DNA from: Raillietiella orientalis
Taxonomy: Eukaryota
Length of the DNA: 64,000 bases
Direction: 5' to 3'
Assembly (NCBI GenBank): GCA_036172245.1
Contig: JAYWIR010000040.1
Span: 744,001-808,000, forward strand
In this document: positions 37,785 through 49,620 of the stretch, piece after piece
How positions within the stretch are numbered: position 1 is the first letter of the stretch
Layout: each line of letters begins with the position of its first letter
Notes under the pieces: generated by a model
The model's input: only the letters and a program-made list of their open reading frames with translations
Told to the model about the DNA's origin: nothing
Database searches by the model: none
Position numbers and translations under genes: made by a program

Positions 37785-39559
37785 TTGAATGCTTTGTATC
37801 ATAAAATGTATCTTGTCCAATAAAAGTGAAGTGCAATATCATCACAAAGCATCATTCTTTCTAATGTAAATCCTCAAAAACATTGTTTAAGCAGCTGCAA
37901 ATCCTAAATACAAGAAACTCAGGACACCAGAAAACAATAAAGAATATGTGGAGAATTTTGGAACTGAGTTAAAATGCTACACTCAAAAAAAATATACGTT
38001 TCCGCTTCACACCTAAAGAACAATGCTGTCAGTTACACAAATAAAGTCACAGTAAGGCAGTGAAAAAAAGGAGGAGGCTTAAAATATCGAATATCATTCT
38101 TCAAAACGAAAGCAATCAATTACAACAACAATAGCAATTCCACATGAGTTCCAACTACCAAAACTTATTTGTACAGTCCGCAACAAAATTACCACAGCAT
38201 TACCACAGCTCATATGAAAATACAACAAACATTATTTGCTGTAGATAATCTCAGTCATTTCTCATGTGAGTTCCTGTGCGTAGATTCTATAAAAATAAAA
38301 TGCATTCTACAAAATTAATACATGCATTTATTCCCTTGAAAAGACGTGCATTCTCATAAGATATAAAATCATACATGCATGCTTTATCAATTTCTGTGCA
38401 TTAGGAAATCCAATATTGAATCCAACTTATGCCGCTTCGTACAGCTATAGAAAGGCATGCAAGACCTAGGAACTATGTTTTTCCATTCATTTCATAACTA
38501 TTATTAGTGTTCATTTTGTGTGCTATGCTATGTTTATAGTTAGTACTCTTAATAGTGACTGTACTATTTGTATGCATATTGCAAGCTGCACTACAAAAGG
38601 ATGCAATTTGAAAAACAAAGCACTTCTGTTTACAAAAAAGGCCTGGTAACAGTAAACAGAATTATACTTTTCTTTAATGAAATAGTAAATTAAACCAGTA
38701 TGGAATGGATGTTGGTCTGCAAAAGTGAATTACTTATCAAAAACGAAAAATATTATTAAAAAACTTGTAAATACAAAAATGCTGTTTTTTCCATTAAGCA
38801 TACAATCACTTTTATATTAAAGCATTATGGAATATTCTGATCTATATGATTGTATAGTTTTATTGTTTTTTATCATAGGGATTCAATGTTTTCGACAGTT
38901 TTTCGATTCTGAATAAATGATGGGATACTGAGGAATTCAATTTTTACATGAAACACATGTATACCAAATTCAGTGACTGAACACATTTATGTCATATACG
39001 TATGACAATGATTAATATATCTAAAACACCAAGAATGTTTCCTGAAGTGATTAATAAAGTACCGCGGGTTTGAAAAATTAATAAATATCCTGACAATATC
39101 TCTCCTGAATGCGATCACAAATGATGAAACTTTGATTAATGTAGTATAATTTGGTTCCTGATAGTTTCACTTTTGCAGCTATTTATAACGTTTATGAAAG
39201 AAAAATTTATCATGAAATAAATGGAACACTCGTGGCAATTTATCGTCTAGACAGTTTTAAAAACCATTTCTTACTTTCATATGAGAAAATTTTATATCTG
39301 TATCCAATCCTTGAAAAACCTCAATTTAATTAACAGATACTGCTATTAGAAAACTTTCTTCAGAACCTCGAATGGTGCTAAATTTTGGATGAAAATTACT
39401 TCACCGAAAACAGGAAGGAAAATTTTTTTGCAAATTGACGAACGATGCTCACATCTTGCCGCTTGAATAAAAGCTTTCTTTCAGCAAGGTGATACTTTTC
39501 TTCTCGGGGAACTCCATGTGTCCTTTGAATTGGATTCGGAAAAAAAAAAAAAAGCTGTG

Positions 39560-40620
39560 TGAGTGTTTTGCGACTTTACGAGAAAGGTGTTTCCGCTTGA
39601 TTATCGGCACATTAAAATTCAGACACGTTCTGGCATCTGTGGCGTGGGTTAAAATACCGCAGGAATAAGTTTTTGGCAAAATTTACCACATGGCAAAGAG
39701 CCCATGGAAATCTGTGGACTCTGGGGTTCCGGTTTTTCAGGACTTTGACATCTTTTTGTCATCCGTAGAAAGCTGCCCTTAACAACTGAGCGTTCGAAAA
39801 GAGGGAATCAGTCAAGGGAAAGTAGCAGAAACAGATAGAGCTCTGTATGCTATCGGAATGACTTCGTTTTCTTTAGATATCAAATGATGTCGGATAAAAC
39901 CACTTGAAATCCAGCATTTGAATCGCGGTGACTGTCAGAAAGGAAATTTCTTTCCATTCAGAAAGGTTTCACATTGTAATTTCTGTCTGCGGAGCATCGG
40001 ATAACACTCGTGCTCTCAAGTGCCATCTTCACGCTTCTGTTGATTCATTTTAATTTTTCCTTTTCGTCTCATAATTTTTCTCCGATCTCAAAGCTTCAAG
40101 GATGAATGCTGATTTTCTGTACGAGCGTTCCCGAGTCTGCGAAAGAAGCAAACGGATATGCTAAACGGAAACGAGATAGAATTCAGGTGGTCGGAAGCAT
40201 CGTACTTATCTTCAAGATGACTCATAATTCATTCAAGAAATAATTGCTTTTGGAAGCGATGCTTCTGCTTTCGGTCTTCGGGAGAACACGTTGCCGGTTA
40301 CCGGAATCAGTCGACACTCCCAGGTGGTACTAAGAGACGTGAGGCGTAATGAAGAAGGCGTAATGCTGCTGAAATCTTATCTGTCAGTGCAGCTTTCGTA
40401 ATTAAGGCTGGTAGTTGTGGATCAGACTGGCTGCTGTTTTCATGGGCAGCTGGCTGACGAGTCGGTCGATCTGCCAAAAGCCCAAGAAACATCGGCCAGG
40501 ACCATAAGTTCAAGTTAGTGATCCTTTAAATTAACTTCGGGAAAGCAGGCTCATTCTCCCACTTTCCCAGCTTCCTTCTCCAGCATGCGAATGGGTCACC
40601 TCTGCCTGGCTTTGCGATCT
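39560..40620 (+). mobile_element. decayed CR1-like ORF2
   Basis: FCDFTRKVF, SGICG..WVK, SPWKSVDSGVP, AKEANG, DHKFKL (~RGH.FKL) in order. Confidence 0.55.
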
Positions 40621-42699
40621 CAAGCAAAAGAACAAGTGATGCGGGTAGGTGCCAGGTCACTCGGTCACATTTTTTGCCTTTCCGAACTGGTCTCTGGCCC
40701 CCTGGACGCGGGGAGCTGCAACGTGCACGGGCGCTTTTGTTTCCCTTCGACCCACGCGAACGAAAGTCAGCCTCCCGAATGCTCGAAAGCTTACCAGAGT
40801 GGGAAGGGAACACTCCTGAAGCCAAGGGCAACTCTTGTGGCGTGTTTGCAGAACGCTGCAAACCTCTTTATGCTTCCGCTGAGTGGCAGCTGCACCCCGG
40901 AGAGGAAGGCGATCCTCTCACGGACTTCTCTCTCTCTCTCTCCCTCAAGTGCAAGGGAGGCAGCCGTCGTGTTGCACAGCAAGCCTTGGGGGTCAACGGC
41001 TCCGCTAGTCTGCCAAGTCCTACAGTGGTCCAAGCTTCCCGCAGGCCTGCGGCTCCCCGAGAGAGGTTCGCACAGACTTCTTCCCTTCCCCTCCCCATTG
41101 AAAAGCGGGATGACGCGCTGGGGAGGAGCCAGAATTCCTCGGGAAGAAGGACCCGCCCGTCTACTGGAGGAACCCAGTAAACCTGCCATTTCCAAGTAGT
41201 CCATGAACGACCACTTGGTTTCATCGTCGGGGATTCCTGGGGAGCTTGCAGAAGATCAACTGCAGGTCCGTTAGTGGCTAAGGGGAAGGCCAGGATTCCG
41301 CTCCGTGCGCTCATAAGAGACTGTTTCATGGTGGCGCCTGCGACAAGAAGACCCCTGGAGGTCTTCAGAAGGAAGGGAAGGCAAAGAGAGCTTGCGGAAT
41401 TGAACTTATGGAATTGCCTCGAGCTCGAGCTCGAGACTCGGGAGAGGCTGTAGAAGGAGAGTAGAGTGAATAGAGGAGGGGCTGACGAAAGAACTCCCGA
41501 CACCCAGGAGCCACCTTCTGAAGTCAGGACGGGAATGGGTTTGAGGAAGATCCAGACGATAGGGATGCGCCTGTGACCCTCAGACAGAGACGAATCTGGA
41601 AAGCCGCCACAAAGTCCGCAGATCCGAGGAGGAGGAGGAGGAAGACGATGGGATCTCGTGAGAGGGGGAGAAAATGTCCTTGTCTACCTATCCTCTTCAC
41701 GAGCAGGAGCATCGGCTCTCTCCCGTGGGAGAAGCGAAAGGCACCACCCTTTCTCAAAGGGACAGGGAGGACGGAGGTCTCAGCCCCCTCATCGCTTCCT
41801 CCAGGTGCACCTTCTTGATGCCTCAGCCCCTCGGGGTGACGAGAAACAAGGAATAGGTTCTTCTCTCATCCCCCAACCTGTGCGGCTTGAGTGTTCCCGG
41901 AAAATCTCTCTTGTCCAGATTCGAGACGCACCAAGAGCTCAGCTTCCTCGTGAATCGGTGAGGTGGAGACCGCCGAAGTGCACGGGGAGCAGCAGGGACG
42001 TGGCTGCCCCAGGCCATCTCGCGAGCGGCGTATCCTCTCTGGCTCTTCGGGAGAAGTCCTCTTTGGAGACCTGCAGGAAAGGTTCCCCTGAAGCCCACGG
42101 CGGTCGCCATGGAGAGTTCCAAAAGTCAGGAGGGAGCCTAAGGTAAGTGATGCATGGCAAAGCTACTGCCACATCCTTCCCTGCCACCCTTTCTTCTTTC
42201 CCCATCGCGGAGCACGGAAGTGGCGTGAGGAGGTGCTGTTGGTCTCCAGCTGGGCCAGACGTGCGTCCTGGAGACCGCATCCCCTTTGGGAAGGGGGAGA
42301 GGAGGAGAGGAGCCGCATCTTCCCGGCCAAGAAGATGTCTGGAGAAAACTCACTCGGATCCGGGAAGGGAGCCCTAACCTATCGCTTTCGAGGTCACGTT
42401 CTGCCCCTTTTACCTTCCTCGTTTTCTCTCTTCCCATTTTTTTCTGGAGTTTCCGTCAGAGAGATGACCAGCTTCCGAGCCATGGCCCCGAATCCGGAGC
42501 GATCTAATGCCCGCTGGCGAGCTGGAGGGAAGGAGTGATGGAAGGAACTGGCGTGGACCAGAGAGAGAAAGAGAGGGAAGAGTCCATCGTGGGATGCCAA
42601 CCAGCACCAAAATCGTTCCCTTCCTCTGTGATCAAGGATAGACTCCATAGTTCAGGGACGCTTCCCTCAAAAAAAAAAAAAAAAGGGATGCTTCTACCA

Positions 42700-43000
42700 G
42701 GAACCATTTGCAAAGATGCCGTGCCTTCCTCCAGCACCTCTGGGTGCCGTCTTCCTCCGGTAGGCAGCTCCTCGGAGGCCCGCGAGCAGCTTGATGACCT
42801 CTGCTCCTTCCTCCATGCCCGGGGAACTTGCGAGGCTCTTCCTCTTCTCGGAGAAAGAGAGAGTGGCTCACTCTTCTTCGTTATCCCGGTTGCCAGTGAC
42901 TTCGGGGGATCTCCGCTTCCTGACCTCCACTTGAGTTGATTCGGAGAGTCTTCGAGGAACCAAAGACGGACTCTCAAGACGGGCAGTTCGCGGTGGGCAG
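42700..43000 (-). mobile_element. decayed CR1-like C-terminal fragment
   Basis: ARLESPSLV (~RP.LEYAS.V) and VIKLLAGL (~YKI..GL). Confidence 0.25.
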
Positions 43001-43601
43001 CTCATTTCCGTCGCGCGCGCTCCTGCTCCATGGGTTCCGTATGGTGCGCCTGCGGAGGGACGGAAGAGCATCGGAGGGAGGGAAGAACGCTGGCGGATTC
43101 ACAAAGAAGGAAGAGGAGGACTCTTCGAGCACAGAATGCACAGGAACGGGAAAGGTTACTTGCGATCCTCCGTAAGGGATCCCGGCGAGCGGACTGGCGG
43201 CTTCCAAGGCAAAAGGATGTGGCACCTAACTTTCCAAATTTTCTGCAGGGGCTTTCCGATCACCCCGTCCGGAAGGTGGTGGAGATAAGCAGGACGCTGG
43301 TGGCACAACGGCTCCTGGAGGACACTGACCGCCCGTTCACCTCTGGAGAAAATCGCAACTGGCGCGCTTGCTCTAAGGGGGAGCGCACAGCATCACCGAT
43401 CTGGAGCGAGGTGTGAGCGGCGGCGTGCACGAATGCACCTCCGCTCAGTGCGTTGACGGCTGACAGCAAGTATCTGCAGCGTCTTCATCGCTCCCGATCG
43501 AAGATAGGCACAGATGTGATCCCACACACTGGGTCCCCAAGCGGGAATTCATTCCCTCTTAGTGCCGGTGATGGTTCGGCGCAGAAGACGAGGACCTCGC
43601 A

Positions 43602-45725
43602 GGTTGTAAACAACTGAAGAAAATATCTGCTGCTCCACTTGCTCGGCAACATCCATCACGTTGTCGGATGCCGCTCGTCCACGCGGGACAAACAAGCGAC
43701 GGCACGTGCCGCCTCGGGATCGCGCTCTGCCCTCGGCCGATCCCTTCCCCCGGAGGCGCTGCCGTACTCCTCCCTTCCTCCCCGACTACGCCACTTCCTC
43801 GTCCTCCTCGTCCCTTCCCTCCTTCCTCGTTTTCTTCTTCTTCTTCTTCTTCCCGGTGGCCCCCGTCGCCTACAGACAGCCCCACCGCCCACCATCCGTC
43901 CACCCTTTCTCTCCACACCACCTCGCCCCGCCGCCCCCATCACCACGACGGCCACGCAGCAGCACAAAGTCGTCGGACACTTTTATTTCCGAAGCCATGA
44001 CGACGACGGCGACGCGCACACGAGCACGCCCCGCATCACGCACACGGACGACGCATCCCGCGTGCAGCCTCCTTCGCACCAACCATCGTCGCCAGCAGCA
44101 CCACTTACGGCCCTGCACCCGACGACGACGACGAAGACGACGAAGACGACGACGACGACGACGACGACGACGGAGGGCGACGCGTCCGCGAGAGCGCCGC
44201 ACGGCGCCCACGTCTCCCGTCGTCAGACCCACTCCCGAGCCACACCGACGCCAACACACGCCGCCTTCACCGCCTGCGAGATCGGCCACACGCGTCCGCA
44301 TCCGGACAGTGGTAGCACAGGGGAACGTACTGCACGCTGTCGCCGGACCACACCTGCAACGCACGCCCGTGTCCTCCAGCGCGCCCCCAGCCGCCAGCCT
44401 CGCCTTACCACGCACAGAAGCGAACCGTCGTGCCGGCAGTCCAGAAAGTCCAGCAGCACCGGGAACTCCAGCCCGGGACCCCGCACGAACCCGCTGCAAA
44501 CGCCGTCCACCCGTCCCCCACATTCCGCTGCCACCCTCCACTTACCACGGCGTCATCTTCAGCGCGTTCCTCATGGACGTCTGGAACAGGGCAATGAACG
44601 GAGTGGTCTTGAACGAAACCGCCAGACGCTCTCCGCGTGGATCCCATCGTAAGCATTGAATACGACCGCCGGCTCTGAGGGGAACAACCATTAATGGATG
44701 CTGCGAGTGCACGCTGCGCAGCATCTCGGCAACGGCGCACCGCTCTCGCGCGCGCACTCGGCGGATCGCGCGGCCACCGCGGTCACCGCCGCGGCCGCCG
44801 CCGCCGCCGCCGCCGCCGCCGCAGCAGCAGCAGCAGCAGCAGCAGCCACTTTCCCTCCCCTCCCATCACCGTTCGCCTCTGCCCTGCGTCTCCGCGCACC
44901 ATTTCCGCTGCCGGAAACGAACGGCCTCTGCCGTGTCGCCGTCGCAAACGCCGCTGCGCGCGCGAAAGCGCAGCGAGGGGGAGGCGCGCGCGCGCGCAAG
45001 AGGGGAGGGGGAAGCGCGGGGAGACGGGGAGAGCGGCGGGAGGAACGCTCGCAGGCACGGAAGGAAAGAAAACGCGCGTCTTCTGCGCTCAGCGCAGCGA
45101 TTCCGGCGAAGCGCGCCCGCCCTCCGCACGCCGCACGCCGCCCTTCGCCGCGTTGGCCTTCCATTCGGCCGTTCGCCACGCTTTCGCCGTCCGCCAGCTG
45201 CGCCCACCGCTGCGCCGCCCGCGCCCCCACCGACGACGTCCCGCGCGCCTCCTTCCTGCTCCCAGCTGACGTCCCCTTCCCTTCGGCTCTTCGTAGCTGC
45301 CGCTTTTCCCGCTGCTGCTTTCGCTTCTTCGGCGTCGCAACTGCTCGTAATTGCGCGCGCCGGAGGTGGCGCGGCCCGCGCTGTTTGCACGACCGCTGTT
45401 TGCGCAGCGGCCGAGGTGCGGCCGCTGCCGCCGCGTCGCTCCTGGCGGCGGCTGCCCGTCGTCGTCTCGTGCGCGAGGAACCTTCTCGCAGCGACGCCCA
45501 CGCTCGCCGAGGTGCGGGTCGCCGGCTGGGCGGCACCGCCGCGTCCGTCCGCCGCCGGCTCCCGCGGTGTCTTCGGCCGCCCCTCTCTCTCCGGAGAGCC
45601 GGGACGGCGGGGGTGGGGGGCGACGTCCCGACCCCGCAGCTCCCGAGACCGCGGCCTCGACGGCGCTGGCCCGAAGAGCCAGCCTCTCGCCGCGTCGGCA
45701 GTCACCCGTCGGCCCGCCCAAGGGT
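43602..45725 (+). repeat. 2.1 kb direct segmental duplication, copy 2
   Basis: Runs from ggttgtaaacaactgaagaaaatatctg to gtcggcccgcccaagggt; matches 30565-32669. Confidence 0.95.
44267..44674 (-). pseudogene. orphan duplicate of aladin exons 8-10 (44546-44674, 44409-44493, 44267-44353)
   Basis: Appears identical to 31230-31637 (offset 13037) including splice sites; no copies of exons 1-7 seen to the right within the window. Confidence 0.85.
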
Positions 45726-47949
45726 GTCTCCTTGGAGAATTTGCTGCCCGGGATTTTTTTTTGGATGTCTTTTGTTTTTTCATACTGCATGCGAGAAAAT
45801 AGCGGAGATGATTCCCGGCTAGCTCGACCGGCCAGCTGCAGCTTCCCAGATGATGGCGAGATGGCGGCTCCTCAACCGACTTTACATGCCTTTCATTCCT
45901 GCTATTCGGCTCCAGAAGGCGGCGATAAGGTGCTCTCGGCCGAGCGCCGCGCGGTTCGCGCCACGCCGTTGCCAAGAGACGGAAGGGTTGGCGATGCGTG
46001 CGAGCGCGGGTGCGATGGCGGACCTCGAATGAAAGAAAAGGGGCAGGCAGCGGCGTCCAGCTTACCCCAGGAAGCCCCTCTGTGCTTCTCTTCTCCCTCC
46101 TTCCATGCTCCGCGGAAAGGAGCGGGATTCCGACGGGAGGGAACACGGCGGCTTCCACCGAGCGGTTGCCTTTCCGTTTCCTCCGGCAACGCACCGCCGT
46201 CCATAGTCCTAGGCAACCGAACGACCGCGTTCGTCCGCAACGGATGTCGTTGGCCTAGCTTCGTCTTCCCCTCTCCTGTGGGTCCCTCTTTCGCTTTCGA
46301 CTCTCCTGACCCAGCTGCTGGAGCAGTCCAATGGCGATTGGGAATCCGTCTGGAAAGGGCAGCCTGTCTGCTCGTGGCAACTGTGCCACTTGGACCGCCA
46401 GCTCGGATGCGGAGCCCGGAGTGCCAGTGCAGGCCGGGGCGCTCGTGGGGAGCGTCGCGGTGAGGGGAGTGTCCCGCCGTCCCGTTCGGCCGCGAAGGGG
46501 AGGGGGCGAAGCGGGAACCGATGGCACGAACCCGCCGTTATCGCCCGCCGGGAGCGCTGCGCGAGCGGCTCCCGGGAAAGCTCGCTCCCTTCTTCCGTCC
46601 GCTCCCCCTGTTCCCCCTCGCGTACTCGACTGCCGCGTGAAGAGCCGGGAGAACGCGTGGGGAAGGCGCGGCGAGGTGCGCCGGCGAACGTGCCCTGCGC
46701 TGATTCGCCGCTGAGGGTCGGCGTCGTTTCTCCGCGCCGGATGAGGCGACCTACTTGCTCGCGCGCGCGAGCGCGTGTTGCGAAGCTCACTTTCGGGAAG
46801 CCGCCGCCGCCGCTTGCTCCTTCCCGTCCGGTGGGGACGCTCCCCTATCCCGCGGCGCGCGTGGGAGTTCCGAGCATTTTCGGACGACGACGACGAGCGC
46901 TTCCGCCGCCGCCTCCGTTTCCCCGACGACGCCTCTCCGCGGCGTCCGCCGCGTGCTTCCAGGTGCTTCCTCCTTCTCCTCCTCCTCCGTTCTCTGGAGG
47001 CGTTCCGCTTTCCGATGCTTCTTCCTCCTCCCCCTCCCCCGCTTTCCTTCTCAGCTCGCGATCGTTTTTCCCTTCCTCCCTATTTTTTTTTTTTTTTCTT
47101 TTTTTTTTTTGCGTGCGCCTCTCCCTTGGGTCTTCCCCCTTTGGGGCTCCTCTCCGTAACGCCCGTCCGCACCAATCGCAAAAGGCCAGGCAGCAGCCAC
47201 CGGTCGGACTCGCGCACTCTGGGCGACCGGCCCAGCCCCTTGCCACGTCTCGTCTCCCTCCCCCTTGCGAGGAGGGAAGTTTCGGCAAGACCCGCCGCCG
47301 GCTGCCCAGCGGGAAGGATCCAATCGAAAGGACGCCAACCTGGGAGGCGCGCGGCCTCGAGCGAATGACCCCCCTCCCCTCCCCTTCCGGGTCGAGCGCG
47401 CGCGTGCGCGCCCTCCGCAGCGTCTTCCTCGGACGGAAACTTCGGGAGTGTCCCCGCGGGCGGCAGCTTCCGTCGGGCGGGGGACCTCTCCAGCAGCCGC
47501 CGTCAGCCCGGAAACCACGAGCGGCGCTCCCCCGTCCACCAGTCAAGCCGGAAGCGCATGCGCATGGGGGGCACTCCCTCCTTCCCGCCGAACCGAGCGA
47601 AACCCGGCGGAGGGATCGCGTCATGGGGGGGAGCAAAAAAAACCCATTGGGGCCAGGAAAGAGGACCGGGACCGCGTGGTCAGGCACCCTCGGAAGGGCT
47701 GGAGGTAGGGGTCTTAAGCGCACTTCGAAGCTGCCCTTCTACCCTCCGCCCCGTTCCCGACTCCGGAAAATTCCTCAAACCCGCTCCCGCGTGAATTGGA
47801 CTGTTCGCTCCAAAGTTCGCTCTATTAATAGCCGCGGTTCCTCCGGGATGCGCGCCACCCAACGGTCGGATGCGAGGTGGAGGCGCACTCATTTTTAGAT
47901 GGAACAGTTCTTGCGGCGATCCGGGATCGCTCATCTCTCCTCCTCATGC

Positions 47950-48560
47950 CCCCCTCCCCTCCCTTCTTGCCGCGGCGCATTCGCTCAGATGTGCATCCCA
48001 AGTGCAGGCAGGCAGCGGGCGCATCCACCCGCATCTCAATCGGCGCTCGGGGGAGGACGAGCGTGCGTGTGCGTGGGAGCGCTCCTGCGAGAGTGTTCCA
48101 CACCCCCTCGAAGCTGTGCCACGCATCCTCGCGCGTGGGTGCGTGCGATGAGCGCGCGTGTCGCTCCCACGCCACCACTTTACCCCGGATGGGTGCCTCC
48201 CGTGGCTCCCGTCTGCGGGTCTCCAACGGACGCGCTCCGGAGCGGGCGCCTCCGCAGAAAACCGAGCCTCCCGGCCTGGCGAGGGCCGGCCCCATGGAAA
48301 CGGGGGACTGGAGCCCGCTACAAGCATCCTCTTTGGGTCTGACTTGGACGCGCTCCGATCTCCCGAGCGGACGACGGTCCTCTTCGGTTGCGACCGCCGC
48401 CCGGCGTAAGCAGAAGGACGGGGCGTGCTCCCGAAGAAGTCCTGCGCTCCAGCTCTCGAGCTCTCCAGACCTCCAGGTCAGCGCCAGCTTCGGGTGTGGA
48501 TGGAACGCGGGGTTTGCTCTCAGCCGGTTTTTCAATGCGTACGCGGGAGGAAAATAGGAA
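47950..48560 (-). mobile_element. decayed CR1-like C-terminus
   Basis: SERVQVRP...SGL, (R)G/WHSFE, ERRLRCGWMRPLP (~RV...WN.LP). Confidence 0.4.
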
Positions 48561-48889
48561 GAGGGAAAGCGGGATCCGGAGGTGAGGAGGCTGCCGAGCT
48601 GAATGCGCGCTCTGGTAGGTCAGGCAGACGACGTGCTGGTGCTACCAGCACCTCGGTAGCCACCAGGTGGCTTGGGACAGATTTATCCGTTTTGTTGGAA
48701 CGAACCCTCCCAGACGGCCCCTTCCAGCTCAGGTTCTCCCCTTGGAACCAGTTTCCCTTCTTGGAAGGGAGGACCTCGTCGGCCATCGCTCGTAGTCAGG
48801 CTCCACGAGTTCTTCCGCCCTACCCCTCTTCCATGGAGAGAGAGGGAGAGAGAGCTCGGCATTCCTGTAGAATCACTGCCTTGACTCCT

Positions 48890-49620
48890 GGCTGTTAAAA
48901 GTGCAACCTTTCGGGATTGTGGATGTCCGTCCAGACCCTGAAGATGCTTACCGCGATGCACCGGGACCTCGTTGGCTTCCCGAAACCGGCTTAAGGAAGG
49001 AACGGCGCTTGTCGGCACATCGCGGACTCCGCTCCTCTGCGCCGTCTGCCATCCTCTGTCATCTCGGGGGATCCTACACTGACCTTCAGAGACCTCTCTG
49101 AACCCATCCTTCCTGTCGCGAGAGGCGGCACGTGCAGCTCCAAGGGAGAGAGGTGGTCGTGTCGCCGTAGCCGACGAAAGGTCTCTCCTCTTCCGAGGAG
49201 CTGTCTCATCCCTTGATCTTCCTCACGGACCCTCGTTCGTATTCCTACCCTGGAAACCGCCGGATACTCTGAGCGGCACCTCGTCGACCAAGGGCATCCT
49301 CGTCTGCAGCTTCCACGCGAGTTGGCGACGGACGTGGTCATTGGAAGCATCCCTTCCTCCCGCGGCTCAAGACTTCGGAGTTCCGGAATTACACCCTCCT
49401 TCGAGCGGGCACCCTCAGCCGAAGCAGCGTCAGATCTTTGCTTCACTCCCGGCTCGGGAGCTGACTCAAGAGGCTCAACAGCTGACGGCTTTACGCGGCT
49501 ACGCCGCATCTTCGCGACGCGGGCGCGGTCGACCACCGTGGCAGTAGCCCAAGAGTTGCGATGGTCGAGACCATCGTCGCGGCGCCAGTGGCGCGACTTC
49601 AGTGGCTACATCATGCGCCG
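48890..49620 (+). mobile_element. decayed Tx1/L1-like RT
   Basis: PFGI, HRGLRSSAPSAIL (~RGVRQG.PLS), VAVADE (~AYADD), DFGVP, RVAMVETIV in order. Confidence 0.4.

Noticed and set aside
39151..39333. Short AT-rich ORF after a ttttgcag acceptor, a possible divergent gene
   Set aside because: No recognisable homology, donor site or partner exons
43602..45725. Helitron, Pack-element or LTR explanation for the duplication
   Set aside because: I saw no TC...CTRR ends, terminal inverted repeats, TG...CA ends or target-site duplication, and no gag/pol between the copies
46390..47898. 502 aa plus-strand ORF (similarly 12869-14182, 21029-22240, 52432-53562)
   Set aside because: Runs through homopolymer tracts or lies antisense to TE remnants; no codon bias or domain
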